In this document: positions 56,700 through 64,000 of the stretch, piece after piece
Numbering within the stretch: position 1 is the stretch's first letter
How the letters are laid out: every line of letters begins with the position of its first letter
The notes under the pieces: model-generated
The model's database searches: none
What the model was told of the DNA's origin: nothing
What the model saw: the letters and a program-made list of their open reading frames with translations, nothing else
Source: an uncultured Clostridia bacterium
GTDB taxonomy: Bacteria; Bacillota; JAAYKD01; CAYOCI01
Reading direction: 5' to 3'
DNA length: 64,000 nucleotides
Assembly (NCBI GenBank): GCA_964402415.1
Contig: CAYOCI010000005.1
Location: 15,267-79,266 of the forward strand
Program-made: the position numbers and the translations under genes

Positions 56700-57770
56700 T
56701 TACGACGGATTGACCCAGCGTGGGCGCGCGAACGGTGTGCCGAGGTTGAAGGCACCGATCTTCACCGCCATCACCTTGCCAGCCACCATGAACTGGACCT
56801 TGGTAATCTCGGGGAACTCGGTCAGCGTCAGGACGATCGCCTCCAGGGCCAGGGCGATCTCGTCGCTTCCGAGGATCAGCAGGTCGAGAGCCTCTTTCTC
56901 AAAGTCCACATAGGCTATGCCTTCGCGGATCGAGAAGCTGCGGATAAGTCCTTTGCCTCTGTCAGTGCCCAAGGGCGGGACACTGGGGGCGAAGCTCTGC
57001 GTCAGCTCACCTTGGGGCCCACGCAACAGCTCCAACAGCGCCTGATGGGGGAGGTCGCCGCCACTCTGAACATAGTAAGTCAGCGGGACAAGCCAGGGCT
57101 CGTCTTTCCAGCGCCAATAGATCACGATCTTGGTCTCATTGCGCGGCGGATCCTCATTGGGCCACTTGGGTCGAGTCAAGGGTAGACTGGTATCATACTG
57201 GGCGCTGGCGGTGGTCAGGAAATTGCGGACCTTACCCTCGACCAGAAACTGAACCTTGTCAACATCACTGAACTCGGTCAGCGTTGCCACCATGGCGTCG
57301 CCAACCGCCTTGAGACTGGTCATGGGCGGCACCTGCTGGGAAAACTGCTGAGGCAGATCCACCATGGCCACGCCATTGGTTACCTGGACACCCAGGACTG
57401 ACACCTCATAGATCCCCAGCGCTTCACAGACAGAGGCGAGTGTCCTGTTGGCCGCGATTTCAGCCACGTTGGTCGCTGGCTCCGCGCGCTCGCTGAGGGG
57501 AATATACCAATAACGGAGCGAATTAGACGGCGACGAGACCAGCTGATAGCTGATGACACCGATGGGCTCACCTGTGGGCAGATGGGAAGAGCGATAGTCT
57601 GGATTCGCGACCGCAAAAGCGGTAGGAACGGTGATAGTGTCCAGTGGGGCGGGGGTGGGCTGACTCTCAGGGTTGAAGGTAGTACATCCGGTGACGATGA
57701 TGGCAACGATGAGGCATAGTACAATCAGTCTTGATACCCTACTGGCTCCCACTGTCATCACCCCCACCAT
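56700..57770 (-). CDS. gerM: GerM-like lipoprotein (two GerMN domains)
   Basis: Lipobox IVTGC. Duplicated GerMN-like halves. Confidence 0.6.
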   Translation of the reverse strand: MVGVMTVGASRVSRLIVLCLIVAIIVTGCTTFNPESQPTPAPLDTITVPTAFAVANPDYRSSHLPTGEPIGVISYQLVSSPSNSLRYWYIPLSERAEPATNVAEIAANRTLASVCEALGIYEVSVLGVQVTNGVAMVDLPQQFSQQVPPMTSLKAVGDAMVATLTEFSDVDKVQFLVEGKVRNFLTTASAQYDTSLPLTRPKWPNEDPPRNETKIVIYWRWKDEPWLVPLTYYVQSGGDLPHQALLELLRGPQGELTQSFAPSVPPLGTDRGKGLIRSFSIREGIAYVDFEKEALDLLILGSDEIALALEAIVLTLTEFPEITKVQFMVAGKVMAVKIGAFNLGTPFARPRWVNPS

Positions 57771-57965
57771 GAGACTCGTACGTGGACAAGTTTGCCCGAC
57801 CGGACTCCCGCTTGCTTTATTATAGTAAGTAATTGTTACAGGCTGGTTACGATGGTCTTACATTGGAGAGATTGCCAAAGTCTGCTGGCGTTGACCCATA
57901 AAAATAGCAGGGACATATCGCGTCCCTGCTCTTCTCTCTTGGACCGGAAGACCATCAATCCTCAT

Positions 57966-59009
57966 CTAGCGCTTGACGATATAGACGTTAACCATGCGAC
58001 GGCCAAAGCTGACCGCCTCTTCGTGAGTGTCAAAACATAGATCGATACGATTACCGCGGATCGCGCTGCCAGTGTCCCCGGCGACGGCATACCCGTACCC
58101 CTCTACATATACCTTGGTCCAGAGGGGGATGATTGTTGGATCCACCGCCACAACGCCATAGACGGCCTGCATGCCAGTGGCGGTAACGCCGAACCCAGCA
58201 TCACCTGGGTTCTTGCCCGTGCTGGCATAGTGGGCACTATAAGCTGTGGCGTTCATGGACATGTGTTTGGTATAGCGGACGGTATCGCCACGAGATGCGA
58301 CCAGCACTCCCAGCGTACCAACCTCTACCAATTCATCGCGTTTCTCCTTCAGCATCATATCGCTGACGGTGACGCGGTTGACCTCTTGGCCATTTTCATA
58401 GATAACCTTGACCTTTTCTTCGCGCAATCCCTCTTCACCGGTCTGGATCACGCTCTGCGTTCCCTCATCCATATCATCGTTTTCACGACGCAGGACTTGG
58501 TAAGGCACGGCATGGTTGAAGGTGAGAATCTCTTCGCGAACCCGGATGACATTAACGTTCATCTTGGCAGAGATCGGTGACTCTAGGCTGGGCTCGACAC
58601 GGTCTTGTTCCCCGAGCTTAACCCCGGCTTGATCGAGCAGATCGCGTACCAGCGGTCGAGCCGTATACAGATCCACGAGCTTACCGTCGGCAGCGACCGT
58701 GACCGGCACCGCTCGGGTGACCTTGATCGAGCTCCCACGGTGGGTCTTCTCTCCAACCGCGGGTGTGACCAGATCCTCTGCCCTGAGCGTAACGCCAGCG
58801 CTGGTGAGCGCTTGGCCTACGGTTCCTTTGAAGGTCTTCAGTTCGATCATCTTTCCATCTACCGCAATGGTGATGGACTTCTGCAATGCTACATATCCGA
58901 AAATGCTTATGATCAGGATTACGACGCTGGCTAGGATGATGGTCTTGCGGCCTTGGGGATGTTGAGCCCGGGAAGAGAGCGCCCTGGGGATCCTCAAGGG
59001 GTTGATCAT
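57966..59009 (-). CDS. DUF348-G5-3D domain cell-wall protein (YabE-like)
   Basis: C-terminal 3D domain ..VAVDPTIIPLWTKVYVEGYGYAVAGDTGSAIRGNRIDL... RBS AGGGAGGT before the ATG at 59009. Confidence 0.65.
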   Translation of the reverse strand: MINPLRIPRALSSRAQHPQGRKTIILASVVILIISIFGYVALQKSITIAVDGKMIELKTFKGTVGQALTSAGVTLRAEDLVTPAVGEKTHRGSSIKVTRAVPVTVAADGKLVDLYTARPLVRDLLDQAGVKLGEQDRVEPSLESPISAKMNVNVIRVREEILTFNHAVPYQVLRRENDDMDEGTQSVIQTGEEGLREEKVKVIYENGQEVNRVTVSDMMLKEKRDELVEVGTLGVLVASRGDTVRYTKHMSMNATAYSAHYASTGKNPGDAGFGVTATGMQAVYGVVAVDPTIIPLWTKVYVEGYGYAVAGDTGSAIRGNRIDLCFDTHEEAVSFGRRMVNVYIVKR

Positions 59010-59157
59010 CAGTCTACCTCCCTGTTGATTTCTGGGCTGGTGAACGCGAACGTCACCCGGAGCCTGGTCGCTTAGGTCCGTCTGATTGGCCCAGTACTTC
59101 TCCATTCTAATAGCGTTTCCAACAAATTGTCAAGTTAGCCTCGGAGAGCACAAATTC

Positions 59158-60348
59158 CTACACGCGAAACTTCGTATCGCCAAATCTCCTGGCGATACGA
59201 ATCGGAGATGATTTGCGCCGGCGGCGATAGATGCGGCGGATCATGACTCGCAAGCGCAGCACGGCGACGAGCGCTACGGCCCAGACCCACCAATGGTAGT
59301 ACCACGGATCCGACGGCTTCTTCTGTAGCGTGAGTGGGGCTGAGCCAACCTTGACGTCGGCCTGGTATAGCTCCAAGCGCGCGTCCTTGGAGCCTATCGG
59401 CAGATCAGCAAGGCCTCTGCCAGCGGGGAGCTCCAGCCTGAAGACAAGATTCTCAGAGCGCCCTCTTGCTGTATCATATTTGAGCGTATGATCCACGGTG
59501 AACTCGTAGTCGCCAATCTGATAGTTCGTTCCCTGCTCGACCGCCGCCCTGGTCTCAACAACCTCAAACCCATAGTCCAATAATGCTTCGCTATCCTCCC
59601 AGATATGATCAGTCCTCATGATGACTGACAGGATCTCGTGGTCTTGGCGCTTCGCCGCGCCGACAAAGGTCTGCATGGCTTCATCGGTGAACCCGTTCTT
59701 GACCCCCAGCATGCCATCATAGGTGATGAGCAGTCGATTGTGGTTGTACAGCTCCCGCGGCCAAGGTTGGCCTGGCCAGGGGATCTGCCGTTCTTCAGTC
59801 CTGACTAGCTCACGAAAGGTGGGGTTAGCCATCGCCCCGCGGGCGATTAGGGCAAGGTCATGCGGGGTGGTGTAGTGATCAGGGTCATGCAGCCCGTGGG
59901 GGTTGACGAAATGGCTATTCCTGGCCCCGAGCTCTCGGGCTCGCTCGTTCATCAAGCTGGTGAAGGCCTCGACGCTACCCGCAACATGCTCTGCCAGAGC
60001 GACAGCGACATCATTGGCTGAGACCAGCATCAGGGCATAGAGCATATTCTCGACGGTCTGCTGTTCGCCCTCGCTCAGATAGATCGAAGAGCCCTCAACA
60101 CCGAAGGCATTGCTGCTGACGGTTACGAGTTCGTCAAGGGCGGCGTTTTCGATGACCAACAGAGCGGTGAGGATCTTGGTTGTGCTCGCGGGGTAAAGAC
60201 GTTCATCTGCGTTCTGCCCCCACAGTACCTGGCCAGATTTCATCTCCATGACCAATGCACCATAGCCGTTAACGAACGGAGCAGCAGCGACTGGTTGGGC
60301 ACTCACTATCAGAGCAATGAGTATCAACGCTGTGACAAATCTACGCAC
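59158..60348 (-). CDS. dacB: D-alanyl-D-alanine carboxypeptidase (peptidase S11)
   Basis: Signal peptide, ASTTK (SxxK), SAN and KNG motifs. Confidence 0.75.
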   Translation of the reverse strand: MRRFVTALILIALIVSAQPVAAAPFVNGYGALVMEMKSGQVLWGQNADERLYPASTTKILTALLVIENAALDELVTVSSNAFGVEGSSIYLSEGEQQTVENMLYALMLVSANDVAVALAEHVAGSVEAFTSLMNERARELGARNSHFVNPHGLHDPDHYTTPHDLALIARGAMANPTFRELVRTEERQIPWPGQPWPRELYNHNRLLITYDGMLGVKNGFTDEAMQTFVGAAKRQDHEILSVIMRTDHIWEDSEALLDYGFEVVETRAAVEQGTNYQIGDYEFTVDHTLKYDTARGRSENLVFRLELPAGRGLADLPIGSKDARLELYQADVKVGSAPLTLQKKPSDPWYYHWWVWAVALVAVLRLRVMIRRIYRRRRKSSPIRIARRFGDTKFRV

Positions 60349-60511
60349 GGGTTACCTCCGGAGTAGGGTTATCGTGAGCAAATCACTCGGAATCTTGGCA
60401 TGACTAGCGCATGGTATCAGATTCTACTCGAAACGACTACCAGTTTCGCTGCTACGACATGCAAATCCTGCAATGACCCACTGGCAACTACCGTCAACAG
60501 AGGTTGTGCTC

Positions 60512-61096
60512 CTAATCATGAATGACCACCTTCGCTCCAGCAGGTATGTAGTCGTAGATCCACTTGGCATCGTCCAGCGAGAGCCGAATGCAGCCATGGG
60601 AAGCGGGTTCGCCGAGGAGTGCCGCCTCATCCTCGATTAGCACACGTTCCTCGGTGAACGGAACGCTGTGGAAGAGATACTCACCCCATTCGTCCAAACC
60701 CACCCAATAGTAGGCGCCCTGCTGAAACTCGTTGCTGTAGAACCAGTCGCCCCGGTGATGAACACGAAACTCACCGTTCGGGGTCGGTGAGGAAGCGATC
60801 CCAGTGGAGGCAACCATGATCTTGATCGCCCGCCGGCCCTCGTAGATACTGACCACCTGCTCACTCTGATCAACATCGACCCATACTTCATTGCTCCCGC
60901 TCTCCTGTGCCGAGATCGTGGCTGTTATCGGCGCGGCGGGACTAGCGGTCGGCGCGGCAGGCGGAGCCGTCGTCGCGACCACCGCCCCTGAGCCAGACAA
61001 TGATGCAGGCTCGGCTGCCAGATCCGCCCACCACGGTGCGCCAAACAGCCCGATGGCTAACAGCGCTACCGCCAGTAGGAATCTCATCAAGCGCAT
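60512..61096 (-). CDS. L,D-transpeptidase (YkuD domain)
   Basis: C-terminal ..HGDWFYS...SHGCIRL catalytic motif. RBS GGAGGGA before the ATG at 61096. N-terminal Ala/Pro-rich linker. Confidence 0.65.
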   Translation of the reverse strand: MRLMRFLLAVALLAIGLFGAPWWADLAAEPASLSGSGAVVATTAPPAAPTASPAAPITATISAQESGSNEVWVDVDQSEQVVSIYEGRRAIKIMVASTGIASSPTPNGEFRVHHRGDWFYSNEFQQGAYYWVGLDEWGEYLFHSVPFTEERVLIEDEAALLGEPASHGCIRLSLDDAKWIYDYIPAGAKVVIHD

Positions 61097-61275
61097 GGTG
61101 AGTCCCTCCAACGTTTGTCTCATCTTATAGCTATGAGCCAGTCCAAGAAAAGATGAGTCATCTGTCCACCAGAATATATGCGGCAGGTGGCTCGTCGGTG
61201 CTTGCAGCGCCGTTGGATCGGACCCGACCAATGACAAACACGAAAACCGCCAGCCGTAGCCAGCGGTTTCATGGT

Positions 61276-61566
61276 CTATTTGATCCTATTCTGAGCGAAG
61301 GTATCCTGGAAGTGCTCGTGTTTCTTGTCCTTGCCTCCATAGCGTGCGTAGATGTAATAGTGACCGGCATCGTCCGTCTTCATCGAGTAGTCCATTTGCG
61401 GCTTGTATTCATCAAGCAACCCAAAGATGCCGTCCGCTTGGTGCGCGTCGGCGCTCTCCATGATGATGGTCAGAAGATCTCCGTCGTTCAGTTCTCGCAC
61501 TCGGTCACGCACGTGCGATAGTGCGGCGATACCCAGTTCGCGACCCAGGTCAATGGTGGTCTCCAT
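61276..61566 (-). CDS. hypothetical small protein
   Basis: RBS GGAAGGGGG before the internal ATG (METTIDLG..). Confidence 0.35.
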   Translation of the reverse strand: METTIDLGRELGIAALSHVRDRVRELNDGDLLTIIMESADAHQADGIFGLLDEYKPQMDYSMKTDDAGHYYIYARYGGKDKKHEHFQDTFAQNRIK

Positions 61567-61620
61567 CGATTCGCCCCCTTCCAGAATTCTCGCCTCTAGT
61601 CTCCCCACAAGCTAGGATGA

Positions 61621-62871
61621 CTAAGCGGAGAGTTCCTGTTTGGCGGTCTGGACCAGACGGCGATCCAAGCCTCTGAACATGACGAAGTAGTAGATAGCCG
61701 AGGTCGCGTAGAGCAAGCCGGCGAGATAGAAGATCCGACCATAGCCATAGCGATCGATGATTTGACCGCTCAAGCGGCCACAGACCGCCCAGCCCAACTG
61801 AAAGACCATCTGGCTGGCGCTATTGGCCAGACCTTTCACCTTATCGGAGACGGCTTCCATCATGAAGGACGAGGTGATCGGGTTCGCTGCGTTCATGATC
61901 GCGCCGCGCATTAGATAGGCGCCGACCGCAACCCACAGCCACGGGGTGTCACCGAGAGTGATCATGAAGGGGATGGAGAGGATCTGGAGGGTGAAGACAG
62001 TGCCGATACGCCCGATTCGTTGAACCAAGAACGGCCCCAAGAGCGTTGCGATCACGGTCGTTAGTTGACCGGCTGACATAATCAGCCCGACCACTGAGGT
62101 ATTGAGATGAAAGCGGTTCTCGAAATAGACGTTGGAGAACGGCACAAAGAGTCCAGCGCCAAAGCCGACCAGGCCCTGGGCGAAGATGAACTTGCCGATC
62201 AAGAGGTAATCTCCCCACTGTACCTTTTCACTCTTCCGCGCCTGACTGGGCGCCGCCGGTCGGTGCTCATGAATAGAGAGAATAGGCAGGGCCGCTCCAA
62301 AGGTGGCGGCAGCGGCCACGAGCAGCGTGATCTTCTGTGCCCAGATCACAGCCACCCCTGCGGTGCTCAGCAAGCTCGGTAGAGCACCACCGATAATATT
62401 GCCCAGCATCGATGAAAAGGTCATCAGAGCAAAGTTGATGGAGAATAACTGCATCCGCTCTTCTTTGGTTGTGTTCTCTGCCAAGAAGGGTGCGTTGGCG
62501 ACCATGCTCAGGGCGTTGAACAGTCCGACGATAAAGGTCAACCCGATCAGAGTCTGCTGCCCCTCCGCCAGAGCCCGACCCACCTGCCCGATCCCCGCGA
62601 TACCAAGGCCGATCACCATCGACCATTTGCGACCGATGCGGTCGCTGAAGATCCCCGCTGGGATAAGGATGATCGCAGCGGCCAGCGAGCTGGTGGAAAC
62701 TAACTCGCCCATGAAGGCTTTTGGGTAGCCGAGCCCCTGCAGATAGAGATTGAAGAGTGTGCTAAACATCCCCATGGAGATCGAACTCAGAGTGATGGCG
62801 AGTAGGTACAGACGTACATTTTTGGAGAGCGAGCGCATACCGTCGCGATATGATGCCAGTAATTGTGCCAT
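61621..62871 (-). CDS. MFS transporter
   Basis: 12 predicted TM helices; GIFSDRIGRK motif between TM2 and TM3. Confidence 0.75.
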   Translation of the reverse strand: MAQLLASYRDGMRSLSKNVRLYLLAITLSSISMGMFSTLFNLYLQGLGYPKAFMGELVSTSSLAAAIILIPAGIFSDRIGRKWSMVIGLGIAGIGQVGRALAEGQQTLIGLTFIVGLFNALSMVANAPFLAENTTKEERMQLFSINFALMTFSSMLGNIIGGALPSLLSTAGVAVIWAQKITLLVAAAATFGAALPILSIHEHRPAAPSQARKSEKVQWGDYLLIGKFIFAQGLVGFGAGLFVPFSNVYFENRFHLNTSVVGLIMSAGQLTTVIATLLGPFLVQRIGRIGTVFTLQILSIPFMITLGDTPWLWVAVGAYLMRGAIMNAANPITSSFMMEAVSDKVKGLANSASQMVFQLGWAVCGRLSGQIIDRYGYGRIFYLAGLLYATSAIYYFVMFRGLDRRLVQTAKQELSA

Positions 62872-63029
62872 GATCTTCCTCTCTGGTTTACATAATTTAT
62901 GTCTCTTTGCCTTTCCTATTCTAACATATGTGCCGAGCGGCGAACAGCTCGTGTCACGAAAGATCGGAAGAATACAGGGAGCATCTTGGGTGCACCATCC
63001 AAGATGCTCCAGTCCCTAATCCCTGGTCC

Positions 63030-64000
63030 CTAGTGAGATCTCACCGTCTGATGCGGGGCTCTCGCCGCCCGGTAACCGTTGATCATCAGCCGCGTACCGA
63101 TCTGCAGTCTCTCCCATATGGAGACCTCTTGTTGGGCCATCTGGCCGAGCGCGGGGTCGGTCACGTATTCCTGTTCGCCGAGCTGATAGTCGATCCCCTG
63201 CTGCTGTAGCCATGCTCGGGCGCCCTGCCGTCCCATACGAAAGTCGTGCTCGCGAAAGGCGGGACGCAAGAGGCCGCCGAAGTGGCCCCAGAAGTCCCCG
63301 GCCAGTTCGGTCGGGCCGTTAGCGGGGGCGATACGGTCGATGGCGATCTCCGTTTTGTCTAGGAGGCCGGCCGCAGTATAGATGAGAAAGCGCCAGCGCT
63401 CGTAGAGCTCGCGCTGCCTTTGGGGCAAGACCCCAGGCCTGGACTGCGGACCAGCGTCTGCTACCCTCGTCTGTGGCTGCCCAGCCCAGACGGCGATGGT
63501 AGTGGTCTCATGGTAGCGCATGGCCTGACGGTAGAGGGGGTTCGTCTCCTCGATCATCCGGACCAGGGTGGCGTGATCGATGGTCTCCACCCATCTGAAG
63601 AGCAGGCGATCTAGAGCGGCAGCCAGTTGAACACGCTTATTGATGCGGACCACTCGCCTCAGATCTTCATAGATCTGGTTGTGAAACGGAATGGTCAAGG
63701 CGGAACGCATGATGGCGTCCAGCCAGGTCGGTTCCGCTGGATCGCTCTCTTCAGCGGGCCGGTGGAGGGGGTTAGGTTCGACCAAGAGCAGTAGACGTTG
63801 GCTCGACACGCCTTGGTCGAGTTCCCGGGCGGCATCGATGGTGACTTCCAGCAAACGCCGGTTGGCCACGCCTCCGTCGGTGTACCAGTGCCTCCGCCCC
63901 TGATCATCGGTCAGCGGCACCGCGGGAAAAGCTCCGGGGAAGGCCGCTGAGGCGCAGGCAGCATAGCCTACCATCTGCCAGCCCTTGCGCGACGTGGCGG
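63030..64000 (-). CDS. patatin-like phospholipase, N-terminal part beyond the right edge
   Basis: ..HWYTDGGVANRRLLEV (DGG motif); the frame stays open to the window end. Confidence 0.55.
   Translation of the reverse strand, partial: ATSRKGWQMVGYAACASAAFPGAFPAVPLTDDQGRRHWYTDGGVANRRLLEVTIDAARELDQGVSSQRLLLLVEPNPLHRPAEESDPAEPTWLDAIMRSALTIPFHNQIYEDLRRVVRINKRVQLAAALDRLLFRWVETIDHATLVRMIEETNPLYRQAMRYHETTTIAVWAGQPQTRVADAGPQSRPGVLPQRQRELYERWRFLIYTAAGLLDKTEIAIDRIAPANGPTELAGDFWGHFGGLLRPAFREHDFRMGRQGARAWLQQQGIDYQLGEQEYVTDPALGQMAQQEVSIWERLQIGTRLMINGYRAARAPHQTVRSH

Noticed and set aside
56646-57185. 179-aa + strand ORF
   Set aside because: Antisense to the GerM-like lipoprotein gene.

Overview
The window looks like a high-GC Bacillota (Clostridia-like) chromosome carrying a ~38.5 kb siphovirus-type prophage at about 11998..50541. 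The host assignment rests on gerM-marR-rph-rdgB-ysnB synteny, copper-amine-oxidase-type cell-wall-binding domains and an ImmR/ImmA-type phage switch, and is low-confidence. The prophage sits in the 3' end of a tRNA-Leu(TAG) gene, the last gene of a seven-tRNA operon on the minus strand. It is bounded by a perfect 61-bp direct repeat (attL 11998..12058, attR 50481..50541) and has tandem TTAGCGGAT arm-type repeats inside both ends. A tyrosine integrase lies next to attR. Almost every prophage gene is on the minus strand. From attR inward the order is: integrase; a standalone SIR2-like protein; the ImmA/ImmR/Cro immunity switch; excisionase and antirepressor; a recombination/replication module (ERF annealase, SSB, replisome organiser, RecU); an ArpU late regulator; an AT-rich moron (YjzC-like protein plus a membrane-anchored GAF-like protein); a packaging HNH; small and large terminase; portal; HK97 prohead protease; major capsid; connector and adaptor proteins; major tail protein; tail chaperone G/GT with an AAAGGGC -1 slip site; tape measure; a 1286-aa tail protein; a Kelch-repeat protein; a peptidase; holin and glucosaminidase endolysin; then cargo next to attL. 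That cargo is the most interesting feature: an ATGA-coupled three-gene operon of an HNH endonuclease, an 81-aa protein and a coiled-coil SMC/ABC-type ATPase (12251..14983). Its effector / small protein / SMC order resembles Lamassu (and the ATPase+HNH pairing resembles Septu), but with an HNH effector it is a candidate undescribed defence module. The SIR2-like single-gene locus between the immunity region and the integrase is a second candidate, as is a membrane Mrr-like nuclease with a topoisomerase-type zinc ribbon. Host DNA on the left carries an AgrCA-like LytTR two-component system. Three copies of a conserved ~35-bp LytTR-type direct-repeat operator are spread over a LemA gene, a secreted cell-wall-binding protein gene and the regulator's own promoter. 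Two short terminator-bounded non-coding units lie downstream of these operators. The left side also carries an HD-GYP protein, a GT39-like glycosyltransferase and an S8 peptidase. Host DNA on the right carries the tRNA operon with a consensus promoter, then ysnB/rdgB/rph, MarR, a large amidase, GerM, a 3D-domain protein, a D,D-carboxypeptidase, an L,D-transpeptidase, an MFS transporter and a partial patatin gene. All calls are from reading the sequence; no database search was run.
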